A DNA stretch of 64,000 bases from an uncultured Rhodohalobacter sp. (GCA_964644975.1 CAZXYQ010000002.1:5570-69569); one strand, 5' to 3'. Counted from the stretch's first letter, positions 19,193 through 28,047 are shown. Numbers and translations are program-made. Notes: generated by a model not told the origin, from the sequence alone.

Positions 19193-19542
19193 ATGCATAA
19201 CTATAAAGAATTATCTGTTTGGAATAAATCTGTATCAATTGCTACGGATATTTATACAAGCACTTAAACGTTTCCAAATATTGAACAATATGGAATTACT
19301 TCCCAAATAAGACGAAGCGTAGAATCAATCAGTCCTACTGTTGCTGAAGGTGCTGGGCGCTTAGGAAAAAAAGAATTCCGACACTTTTAAATATTGCTTA
19401 CGGTTCGTCATTTGAACTGGAAACATAACTCATCATCTCAAATAGCCTTGACTATCTTACAAAATTTCAATTTAATCAGCTAATAGAAGATCTAACCACA
19501 ATTCAAAAAATGCTCTACAAACTAATTAAAAGTCTAAATTAA
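19193..19542 (+). pseudogene. Four-helix-bundle protein (TIGR02436 / 23S rRNA IVP-like) pseudogene
   Basis: Manual translation: MHNYKELSVWNKSVSIATDIYTST*TFPNIEQYGITSQIRRSVESISPTVAEGAGRLGKKEFRHF(frameshift)LNIAYGSSFELET*LIISNSLDYL...IQKMLYKLIKSLN. Stops at 19265 and 19426, 1-bp deletion near 19388, GGAG RBS at 19182. Absent from the ORF track. Confidence 0.88.
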
Positions 19543-19550
19543 GATTCTTG

Positions 19551-19618
19551 GGTAATGAGTTTTATACACGTATTAAATATACACTTTGACATTATCTCAC
19601 TACCCATTACTCATTACC
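19551..19618. repeat. Right-flank heptamer array, inverted relative to the left flank
   Basis: GGTAATGAGT at 19551, then CACTACC CATTACT CATTACC (19598-19618), the reverse complements of GGTAGTG/AGTAATG/GGTAATG. Confidence 0.7.
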
Positions 19619-19634
19619 CTATTATTCATCAAAA

Positions 19635-20423
19635 TCACCTCCACTCCGCATCCGGATAAGATCGTCTGAGAAACTGCATTTGTGCCAGAAGCGGTCCAAG
19701 GTGCTCTGTGTGACGACCGCGGCGTGCACCCGTAAACATATACTGATCAAAATCGGGTACCGTTATTGTAGCTTCTTCAAGGATTGCGCATACCAGCTTT
19801 TTCCATTCATCCTTGAACTCATTAACGTCTACATAAACGTTATGTTTGATTCCTTCATAATCAGCCTCGTCAATGTTAAACATTTCGCCGGTGTACATCC
19901 AGATTTCATCAAAGGCCTCCTGGACTCTGTGATGACTTTCGTCGGTACCGTCACCGAGGCGAAGGACCCATTCCCGGCTGTGTCGAAGATGGTATTTTAT
20001 CTCTTTAAAATGTTTTTGCAGCATACCTTTAAACTGTTCATCTTCAACCGTTTCGATCAGTTCCTTATACAGAAAATAGCTGTACGAGCTAAACAAAAAT
20101 TGCCGGGCGATGGTAAAGGCAAAATCTCCACGCGGAAGCTCAACCATTGCGATGTTTTTGAAATCGATATCATCACGAAAATAGGCGTAGTAATCTTCAT
20201 CTTCCTTTCCCTCCAGTTCGGCCGCATAGCTTAATAGTGAAGCCGCATGACCTATCATATCGAGCGCAACGTTTGCAAGGGCAAGATCCTCCTCCAGTTC
20301 CGGTCCGTGGCCGGCCCACTCAGAAAGACGATGACCGTGAATTAGCCGATCATCCGCAAGGCGCAGTAGTGTCTCAACGAGTGACTCTTGTTTTGTTTGG
20401 GGTAGGGTGTCGAAAGTGCTCAT
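19635..20423 (-). CDS. paaC: 1,2-phenylacetyl-CoA epoxidase subunit C
   Basis: LRLADDRLIHGHRLSEWAGHGPELEEDLALAN, KEIKYHLRHS, GRHTEHLGPLLAQMQFL. Confidence 0.95.
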   Translation of the reverse strand: MSTFDTLPQTKQESLVETLLRLADDRLIHGHRLSEWAGHGPELEEDLALANVALDMIGHAASLLSYAAELEGKEDEDYYAYFRDDIDFKNIAMVELPRGDFAFTIARQFLFSSYSYFLYKELIETVEDEQFKGMLQKHFKEIKYHLRHSREWVLRLGDGTDESHHRVQEAFDEIWMYTGEMFNIDEADYEGIKHNVYVDVNEFKDEWKKLVCAILEEATITVPDFDQYMFTGARRGRHTEHLGPLLAQMQFLRRSYPDAEWR

Positions 20424-20456
20424 AAATTCATTTAGTGAAGTGAATAGCTGTTTACG

Positions 20457-20521
20457 GGATATGAGACAAGAGATATGCGATATGAGACAATTTCACACCT
20501 CCAGTCTCCAGTCTAAAATCT
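20457..20521. repeat. Inverted pair of heptamer arrays filling the paaB-paaC spacer
   Basis: GGATATG AGACAAG AGATATG CGATATG AGACAAT, then CACACCT CCAGTCT CCAGTCT AAAATCT (AGAYnnG versus its reverse complement CnnRTCT). Confidence 0.7.
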
Positions 20522-20524
20522 GAA

Positions 20525-20827
20525 TCAATTTCTTTTTTTTACGGATCGCGGGACAGTGTAAAACTGTGGGTGGCGATACGGTTTGTCATTGGCCGGATCA
20601 AAAAAGGGACCGCGGTCTTCCGGGGATGATGCGGTGATCTGATCCGTCGGCACCACCCAGATATTTATTCCTTCATTCCTGCGGGCGTAAGTGTCGCGAG
20701 CATTTTGGAGGGCCATCTCGGCATCCGGTGCATGCACATTTCCGGCATGCTCAAAAGGCTTGCCATCTTTCGGCTGAAAAAAAACCTCCCATAGAGGCCA
20801 TTCTGTATTTGATCTGTCTTCGGACAT
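20525..20827 (-). CDS. paaB: 1,2-phenylacetyl-CoA epoxidase subunit B
   Basis: WPLWEVF, HAGNVHAPDAEMALQNARDTYARRNEG..IWVVP, DKPYRHP. Confidence 0.96.
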   Translation of the reverse strand: MSEDRSNTEWPLWEVFFQPKDGKPFEHAGNVHAPDAEMALQNARDTYARRNEGINIWVVPTDQITASSPEDRGPFFDPANDKPYRHPQFYTVPRSVKKRN

Positions 20828-21029
20828 GACGTTGAGTGAACTTCTGGCTTAATGTTTTATCGATCGGAATATGTAGTAACAAAGCTTAAGATGAAAATAA
20901 GTAAATAGCGCCCCATATAAAATAGCGCTTTTTTGAGTAATTAAAGAGCTTTTTAATGAGTAAGGAACAAAAAACGGGTGCATCGTCTATTCCTTATAAT
21001 TGTTTAAAAAAGAAGTGTGTACGAGAGAA

Positions 21030-21055
21030 GCGGCATGCAAGGAGCACGATGCCGC
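21030..21055 (-). terminator. GC-rich hairpin downstream of the DUF5723-like gene (possible terminator)
   Basis: GCGGCAT...ATGCCGC stem; on the minus strand it is followed by a pyrimidine-rich tract and a T6 run some distance away. Confidence 0.4.
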
Positions 21056-21137
21056 AGCAGAGATGAATACTGAAGAATGGATGCCATGTTTACAAATACA
21101 GAGCTTAATAAGAGCGGAGTATATGCATTCTAATCGT

Positions 21138-22709
21138 TCAAAAATGTACAACCAAACCCGACCAGGCCGAGCCAAATGCTGCTCCGTTTCGCTTAGAATT
21201 TGCTGTGGCAGCAACTCCTATACTGAATTCGAAATTCCTGAATTCAAGTCCTGTTCCAGCGTGATAGGTTGAGCTGCTGTAGCCACCGGTTCTATAACCA
21301 ACTCTGAGAGGAATACGATTTAATAATCTATATTCGCTCCCTAAGGCAAGATGCATCTTTTTGCTATTCGTACCTGTTTCTGTAAAGCCGGTTCCGATAT
21401 CAAACATCACGCTAAATTTGCCTAGAAGCAGGTGACTTCCAAAATTAAGCATTGTTGGCAGGCTTTTGCTAAATCCAGAATGGTCTTGTGTCAGGAAATT
21501 ACCGTAAACATCATTGCCTACACTGTCTTTCAAAACAGACTCAAAATAACTCCCGTCATCACCATCGAACTCTTCATCAACGGATTGTTGATTGTAATGT
21601 ATTCCATTCCATCTAAAATTCTCGCCCGCTGAAAAGCTTCTTGTGCGATCATTAATAGTTACAGAACCTAAATCAGTGAGAGAGAGACCCACTCTGAGTT
21701 TCTTTTCACCACGAAAAAAGCCAAAATCGAAAACTGAAATTGCATCGATATCCATTTCTAGCGTGGCGCCAAGATCCACTCCAACAGATGTGCCTTTAAA
21801 TCCTGTGAAATCATCGCCTGATGGTTCAATAAAATCTCCAATTTCAGGGCTGCCCCCATTTTGCCGCTGACTATTGTATTCGGCCATTTGATCAGATATA
21901 TCGCCTGTTGTTTCGAAACTGTAGTGAAAATTGTGGTTTATATGTGCATTCTGCTGGTTCGTTGCACTTTGAATTTGAAGTGAAGAGGTAAGGTTGAAGC
22001 GTGAATAGTTCACAGCCATTAGTAATTTTGGGGCAACACCCACATGTAGTCTCACATTCTCTCCAAATCCGAAGAGCCTGTCTCTTTTCAAAACGGTGGT
22101 AGCAAAGCCCAGAGAGATTTCATTATATATCAGAAATTCCTGATTCATATTCACTGCGCGGGATTCGTTAAATACATCTGAGTCGAGCCCTCTGAAAATA
22201 AGATCGGCAAAGCCTCTTGAGTATCCGGAGTTGCCTAAAGCCCGAACTCGTGCTGCACCGCTCACTGACCAGTTGTCTTGCCGAAATGCTATTCCCAAAG
22301 GTACAATACCGATATCTGCGTTAACGCTGCGCATTTCTGAGGAATTAGTTCCAAACCATTGATTCAGCATTGCATCGGCATCCTGCCCTTCAATGACCTG
22401 CCCGGAAGTTAGATAGTCATTATAAGTTGTGATATTAAGAAGGCTGCCTCCTGTATTTGTATAGATGCCCCCGGCAAGCCCCAAAGTAAAGGAAGGCCTT
22501 TTGGAGTGATTTATCATGAGGTTAGCCGGATTAATGAAATTAGCGTGATATAGATCCTGATAGGCAGTTCCGCCGCCACCAAGGCCGATATTTTGCGCCG
22601 TTAAATGCCTCGATTGAGCATTTGATGAGTCGACATTCGCAGTTAAAATGAAGATCGGCAACAATATAGCTGTGGTAAGTAATCGATTAAATAAATTCGT
22701 CTTTATCAT
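21138..22709 (-). CDS. DUF5723-like outer-membrane beta-barrel protein
   Basis: Signal peptide; AQNIGLGGG...NPANL N-terminus typical of FadL/PorV-like barrels; amphipathic strands (LRVGYRTGG, AGTGLEF); C-terminal Phe. Confidence 0.7.
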   Translation of the reverse strand: MIKTNLFNRLLTTAILLPIFILTANVDSSNAQSRHLTAQNIGLGGGGTAYQDLYHANFINPANLMINHSKRPSFTLGLAGGIYTNTGGSLLNITTYNDYLTSGQVIEGQDADAMLNQWFGTNSSEMRSVNADIGIVPLGIAFRQDNWSVSGAARVRALGNSGYSRGFADLIFRGLDSDVFNESRAVNMNQEFLIYNEISLGFATTVLKRDRLFGFGENVRLHVGVAPKLLMAVNYSRFNLTSSLQIQSATNQQNAHINHNFHYSFETTGDISDQMAEYNSQRQNGGSPEIGDFIEPSGDDFTGFKGTSVGVDLGATLEMDIDAISVFDFGFFRGEKKLRVGLSLTDLGSVTINDRTRSFSAGENFRWNGIHYNQQSVDEEFDGDDGSYFESVLKDSVGNDVYGNFLTQDHSGFSKSLPTMLNFGSHLLLGKFSVMFDIGTGFTETGTNSKKMHLALGSEYRLLNRIPLRVGYRTGGYSSSTYHAGTGLEFRNFEFSIGVAATANSKRNGAAFGSAWSGLVVHF

Positions 22710-22717
22710 AGTGCTAT

Positions 22718-24967
22718 TCAGTCAATTTTATTTCTGATCACGAATTTCCCACTGACAGAAACACTTACGTCATCAGTTGTGCGAATTCGGATTTCTTCAT
22801 TGGCTGTTGTGTTCAATCTTGATATAAGTCGTACGTTCCGGGTTTGGTTGATCTGCTCGAGCTGAGATCGGCTCAGATGGATGATTGTAATGTCTTCAAA
22901 AGGGGATACAGAGAACCCGCTGTTCCCTACGGCTGCGGCTTTAAATTCGATAGAGGTATCATTTATAAGCGGTACAGCTGTAATTAGTTCATTATCAATT
23001 GTAAGGAACTCCAGTTCAAGGTTTATACCCAGTGGAATCGAATTTATATAGCGAATGGTTAGTGAACCTTCATCAAGAATTGAATCGTCATCCGGCCCGG
23101 GAAAATCTTCGAGGTTTAATGCGGTAGTATCAATATAAGACGCACGATCGGCCCTTAATGCAAGTGGAATGTTAACCGTTATTGTTGGATCGAAAACAAC
23201 TGGATTCTGGATGGTGCCTTCAGCATTGTCAGGGTTAATGTTGGCGAGTCCGATAAATCGAATTGACGTTGGCAGCCTGTTCAGAAAATCAATAATCGCT
23301 GAGTTTGTCCTGTCAAATGTAGTTGTCAGGGTCTCTTCCGCAGAGCTATTTTCCTTAATATTGAATTGAATAAGGTCTGAAGCGGCAATTTGCTTGCCGT
23401 CCATTTGGAGTTGTTGTATGGGGTCGGATCCAGTTACTTCGGCATCTGTACCGGGTTCGCCTTTTAAGAAAAACTGGTTACCATTGGCGTCTTCACCGAG
23501 AAATGCTCCAATGATTGTCGCATCAACACCTACATTTGTTTCGTAGAGTATACTTAAACTGGCTCGTGTAAATTCAAGGCCCTCAATTCGGCTCGATATA
23601 TCTTTAATTCCATCGATCTCTATGATTTCAGCTTCGATGTCATTCATAATATCTACGCTGCTTCCGTCGGAAGCCACATCGGTATTCAGTAAAACCTGTC
23701 TGTTTGCTATTACACCAAAAACTTCTTCTATCAACAAGTCGCTTAGCTCAACTTCTGCAGAAACTCTGTCTGTTTCAGTTATTGTTCTTGAATCTGATCC
23801 GGGTGAAGCCTGTGTATCCTCCGTTCGGGCAAATATATTATAAGAGACCACATTGTTCTCAGCATAGATGCGCACATCAGAAAGATCAAAAGATCTGCTT
23901 ACCGGCTCTATGTTGTTTCTTGGAATATTCTGGTCTCCATCAACCCGAATCACCAGTGAATCGGCTTCACTGTAGGGGGGAGATCGCAAACCGGGAAATG
24001 TAATTTCAAGTATATCGATGTCTACGTCGATGCTATTTATGATATTTTGAACAAACAGTGTACCCGAACGAAGCTCAACGTAATGGCTGGGAGTATTAAA
24101 CAGGAACTCATCATCAGAAAAATCAGATGAACCGGAAGACCGGAATTCCTGGGGCTGAATTTCGGCTTCTACAGCTGATGCAATAAGGTTTTGACCGTAG
24201 ATGTGCTTAACAATCATACTGCCTGCATCATCCTGCATGGTTTGATTTTCCCATCGGATCGATACATCAACACTGATATCGGTGAGTTCAACTTCCGGAT
24301 CCGTTTCCGGATTTTCAACAATAGTAATAGATTCACTGCGGGTAGTAATGTGATTAAATTCTGCAATGATGATCTGCCCAACTGAATTAGTGCCACTCAT
24401 TATGTCGAGGGTTAACTCTTCAATATCAAAACCGAGCTCGTTCCTGAGAGTAATTTCCAGTCCACCCTGTTTAATGCGTGCACTTACGAAAAAATCGGTG
24501 TCTAATTCAATATTTACCGGAAAAGGGGACTCTGCACCGGGTAAAGGATCGCCTTCGGAGAGAGCCGCAGGCTGGCCCGTTAAATCATTGAATGAAGCCT
24601 CACCCACATTTCCCTCTTCATCCTGTGAAGAGAAAGATCCTAGCTCAATTTCGCCAACCATGGATTCAAAAGAGGTAGATGCCACATCCACTTCCGGCAT
24701 TGCGCCTTCCAAATCACCAAAATCAAAAGTCGCCTCCTGAGAAATCGTGATAAAATTATCACTATCAATATCAAGCAGATCCCTGATATCTGCATTGGTT
24801 GTATCAATCAGGGCATTTCTATCTCCTAAAAATTGGAAGGTACTCTCAGCAATGAGCGGAGCTTCAATTTTATTGGAAAGGGTAAAATCGGGGCTGCCGG
24901 GTGTTTCGCACTGGACAAAAGCAATGAGTGCGATCAACGGTAAGAGTAAGTATACTTTTTTCACCAT
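22718..24967 (-). CDS. Large acidic hypothetical lipoprotein (beta-rich, internally repetitive)
   Basis: Start at 24967 gives a lipoprotein signal MVKKVYLLLPLIALIAFVQ-C; ~750 aa; ends 8 bp upstream of the barrel gene. Confidence 0.75.
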   Translation of the reverse strand: MVKKVYLLLPLIALIAFVQCETPGSPDFTLSNKIEAPLIAESTFQFLGDRNALIDTTNADIRDLLDIDSDNFITISQEATFDFGDLEGAMPEVDVASTSFESMVGEIELGSFSSQDEEGNVGEASFNDLTGQPAALSEGDPLPGAESPFPVNIELDTDFFVSARIKQGGLEITLRNELGFDIEELTLDIMSGTNSVGQIIIAEFNHITTRSESITIVENPETDPEVELTDISVDVSIRWENQTMQDDAGSMIVKHIYGQNLIASAVEAEIQPQEFRSSGSSDFSDDEFLFNTPSHYVELRSGTLFVQNIINSIDVDIDILEITFPGLRSPPYSEADSLVIRVDGDQNIPRNNIEPVSRSFDLSDVRIYAENNVVSYNIFARTEDTQASPGSDSRTITETDRVSAEVELSDLLIEEVFGVIANRQVLLNTDVASDGSSVDIMNDIEAEIIEIDGIKDISSRIEGLEFTRASLSILYETNVGVDATIIGAFLGEDANGNQFFLKGEPGTDAEVTGSDPIQQLQMDGKQIAASDLIQFNIKENSSAEETLTTTFDRTNSAIIDFLNRLPTSIRFIGLANINPDNAEGTIQNPVVFDPTITVNIPLALRADRASYIDTTALNLEDFPGPDDDSILDEGSLTIRYINSIPLGINLELEFLTIDNELITAVPLINDTSIEFKAAAVGNSGFSVSPFEDITIIHLSRSQLEQINQTRNVRLISRLNTTANEEIRIRTTDDVSVSVSGKFVIRNKID

Positions 24968-25135
24968 AATCGATAGAGTCATTTAGATCTAAAGCTTGCA
25001 GAATCGGGTGATTGTAAACCGATCGCGTTTAAAAAGAATCTTTTTTGCTAAATATTTGCTGGCTGTCCAGTCTTAACATTAGAATATTTTAATATAACGA
25101 TAATTACTTGAATACAATAATCACGGAATAACTGA

Positions 25136-25499
25136 TTATCTGGTTGTGGAAGAGACCGGATGTGGAAAACGCAAACCGATAGGTAAGTATCTGAGGTAGA
25201 CTAGTGATGTGTCAACGGTGAGCTATCCTAAGAGTCATCGGATGAGTCATCTATGCACCATATATTGATCCAGAATGACTAGATTTTTCGGAAAACTCAC
25301 CCAAAAAAGCTTTCGGGGCTATCCGACATTTTATCGATGACACTGCACTAGTGATAAATGACTAAGGATTGCAGCACCTTGATAGCAATCATTTACACCA
25401 GGTTATGGGGTTGTGCTATTCGCTATCGGCATGTTGGTTAAAGGGTCTTCTTGTGCATTGCCGTTCATAAACTATTCCCAATGACCAATAACCAGATAA
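25136..25499 (+). other. Candidate structured ncRNA or MITE-like element with nested stems
   Basis: Hand-identified pairings: TTATCTGGTTGT/ATAACCAGATAA, CCGATAG/CTATCGG, ACTAGTG..GTGTCA/TGACAC..CACTAGT, AGTCAT/ATGACT, TAAATGA/TCATTTA; no ORF of 60 aa or more in the track. Confidence 0.4.
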
Positions 25500-25581
25500 A
25501 ATGATGAGAAAGGCAGATTCACAGATTGCTGATGAGCCAGCTTGTTATAGAAAGATGAGGTAAAACTATCTGCGCAAAAAA

Positions 25582-26295
25582 TTAGCTCGTATAAAGCAGA
25601 AATAAGGCAGGTATTTTCTGCAGATCAGGCGAGGGGCCGGTTTTCCAATCATGAATGGTTTTTGTTTTTAGAAACTGGTTTTCTGATGTAAGATTACATG
25701 CCAGGCAAAGTTTGGTGGATGGACGGCATGTTTTGAGAAGCTGATCAAAAAGAACCGTATTTCGATGCGGTGTCTCCATAAAGATTTGCGTTCGTTTATG
25801 TTGTGCTGACTCTTGCTCCAGCTCTCTGACGGCCTTCTCTCTTGCGCGTTCGTTGATGGGCAGATAGCCATGAAATGCAAACGACTGGCCGTTGAGGCCA
25901 GAGCCCATCAGCGCTAAAAGAATGGATGAGGGTCCAACCAATGGTTCCACATTGAAATTATGCTGATGGGCAAGATGAACCAGTTTAGCTCCGGGGTCGG
26001 CAACAGCAGGAGCACCCGCTTCTGACATGAGCCCGACATCGCCCTCCTTTAGCAATCCGAGAAAGCTGAGGATTTCATGATCGGGCGTCTTTTTATTTAA
26101 CACTCTGAACGTCTGTTCGTAATCGGGCGTAGGGTGTTTGATCCACTGCAGAAAACTCTGAGTAGTCTGCATTTTTTCAACCACAAAGCAATTTAAAGAG
26201 TGGATGATTGAAATAGTGTGTTCTGGTAACACAAGATTCTCTTTACGCTTTGATATGGGTGTAGGAATCAGGTAGAGCGTATTAGATTCAGTCAT
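25582..26295 (-). CDS. RsmI-like tetrapyrrole-methylase-family SAM methyltransferase
   Basis: LYLIPTPI, GLMSEAGAPAVADPG, PLVGPSSILLALMGSGLNGQSFAFHGYLP, FMETPHRN. Confidence 0.88.
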   Translation of the reverse strand: MTESNTLYLIPTPISKRKENLVLPEHTISIIHSLNCFVVEKMQTTQSFLQWIKHPTPDYEQTFRVLNKKTPDHEILSFLGLLKEGDVGLMSEAGAPAVADPGAKLVHLAHQHNFNVEPLVGPSSILLALMGSGLNGQSFAFHGYLPINERAREKAVRELEQESAQHKRTQIFMETPHRNTVLFDQLLKTCRPSTKLCLACNLTSENQFLKTKTIHDWKTGPSPDLQKIPALFLLYTS

Positions 26296-26795
26296 TATAC
26301 TTCTTCTTTTTCTATATCCATGTGTTCAATTTCAATCTCTTCATCACCGTCCCGAATTCTGCGCAAGGCAAACCGCGATGCAAATGCAGCAACAACAATA
26401 GTTGCAAGCAGTCCAAGTCCGGATACAGCCATATTTACAGAAACCACGCTTCTTTGCAACTCATAGGTGGGCAGCATAACAATTGGGTTGAACGACTGCT
26501 CACTGTATCGTACCGGTATGAGCTCTGAATCCATTATAGCCTGAGCCATTTGAACAGGAAGTGAGAGCTGTTTTTGTATCAGTTCACCAGATCGTGTGTT
26601 AAAGCGGAGTACAACATAGCCATTCGTCTGCGCAGCAATCTGCTTTACATCAAAATCAATCACATCGGCAACATAGCTCTCTCCGTTCGTGTAAGTATTG
26701 CTGAGCCCGTTATAGACCAGTAGCTGGTAAGATCCCTGAAATAAAAAATAGCCAGGAAGGAGCCAGACCAAAAAAACGAAATAATATTTATTCAT
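26295..26795 (-). CDS. Hypothetical membrane protein (2 TM)
   Basis: 166 aa, hydrophobic N- and C-terminal segments, translationally coupled in the operon. Confidence 0.75.
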   Translation of the reverse strand: MNKYYFVFLVWLLPGYFLFQGSYQLLVYNGLSNTYTNGESYVADVIDFDVKQIAAQTNGYVVLRFNTRSGELIQKQLSLPVQMAQAIMDSELIPVRYSEQSFNPIVMLPTYELQRSVVSVNMAVSGLGLLATIVVAAFASRFALRRIRDGDEEIEIEHMDIEKEEV

Positions 26796-26812
26796 ATCTG
26801 TAAAGTTAAATC

Positions 26813-28039
26813 CTAATTTGTGATGTCAGCAATTTGTCCGTCCACCACCTGTTGCATTTGCAGTATCATAGCGGGGTCGAAAATTAAACGCTGCTGGAAA
26901 TCCTGGTGCATATGATTGCTGGACATATGGAACCAAAAGGCGATCTGAATTCTGTCAAAGAATACAGCCTGTACTGTTGTATCACCGGTGTACAGCGATG
27001 TGCCAAAGTCGATGCCGTTTAACAGTCCCATGCGATTATCATAAATTGCCCCGTAATCTGAAAAATCTCGATTGATGCCGGATTGCCGCTCAAGAGGCCA
27101 TCTCAACCATCCTTTAACCATCGTACTGACGTGCTCACTGATCAGTTCATCATTATGTAGGTGGGTTAGTAAACGTACAATTTCCGAAGCCGTTGTTTTA
27201 GGAAAAAATTCCAGTCCGTCGCGCTCCTCCATAAATGTATTGCCCAATCGGTTACTCTCTGCAAAGTCGATAACCTGATCTCTGTAATCCACATCTGCTG
27301 CAAAGCGTGCAGACCGTTCAATGACATCCGCCCTGAATTCCGCCTCCTCTTTCGAGCGTTCTTGTTTGTAAAGTTCTGCAGTTTCCATTTCTCGGATGCC
27401 GGGAGAAAGTGCCTGATAGAGCCCGGAGAATGGCAGGGGAAGTTCTGTCTGTTCCAGATTTAATTTGTCTGAAAGGTCACTCCACCCATCACGGCTAATG
27501 TTCCACCAAAGATAGTCTGCGAGTGCAAGATCGTTAAATTCAGCGAGTAGCTGCAGTGCTCTTGAAAGCGGAATCTGTCCATCGGAATTGATCCACCCGC
27601 GAGCCATAGCCGCTCGCCGGCTCTGTTCGTGCTCAGAAGCGCTCACTCCCGGTACCTGGTATGTTGAAATGGCATTCCAATCAATAGGTTGACCGGCATC
27701 CATAACTCCAGATTCTATAGCATCAGCTGAAGCAATAAGTGTAAAAATGTTCCCTGTAGTTCCCATAGGGCGAGGAATATTCGCACCGTAACTAATGGTT
27801 GAATCGCCATCGGATGTAATTACACTGCTTACCACTGAGACATGCTGCGGATTGGCGGCAATATATCGTGATAAACCGCGGAGTGAGTAAGTCTCTTCCA
27901 CCCACTTACTTCCCTCCACCATGGCTTCCCTGTTTTCGTAAAAGGTGTTGAACGGCTTCCAGTTAAAAAAGAGTATAGCTCCAAAAACAATCAGAGCTGT
28001 AAAGAAGAAAGCGGCAAAAAATTTAAATGCTCTTGCCAT
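26813..28039 (-). CDS. Serine beta-lactamase/serine-hydrolase-fold membrane-anchored protein with degenerate active site
   Basis: Pattern YGANIPRPMGTTGNIF, AEFNDLALAD, PKTTASEIVRLL resembles the class A beta-lactamase-like family, but SxxK is absent. Confidence 0.6.
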   Translation of the reverse strand: MARAFKFFAAFFFTALIVFGAILFFNWKPFNTFYENREAMVEGSKWVEETYSLRGLSRYIAANPQHVSVVSSVITSDGDSTISYGANIPRPMGTTGNIFTLIASADAIESGVMDAGQPIDWNAISTYQVPGVSASEHEQSRRAAMARGWINSDGQIPLSRALQLLAEFNDLALADYLWWNISRDGWSDLSDKLNLEQTELPLPFSGLYQALSPGIREMETAELYKQERSKEEAEFRADVIERSARFAADVDYRDQVIDFAESNRLGNTFMEERDGLEFFPKTTASEIVRLLTHLHNDELISEHVSTMVKGWLRWPLERQSGINRDFSDYGAIYDNRMGLLNGIDFGTSLYTGDTTVQAVFFDRIQIAFWFHMSSNHMHQDFQQRLIFDPAMILQMQQVVDGQIADITN

Positions 28040-28047
28040 AAAATCAG

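Noticed and set aside
19193-19542. Diversity-generating retroelement (Avd-like gene), or recoded/readthrough gene
   Set aside because: No reverse transcriptase or TR/VR pair seen; the stops are TAA and come with a frameshift, which indicates ordinary decay.
25136-25499. tmRNA, RNase P RNA or cobalamin riboswitch
   Set aside because: It lacks GGGG...CCACCA tRNA-like ends, GAGGAAAGUCC and B12-box motifs on either strand; kept only as an unknown structured element.
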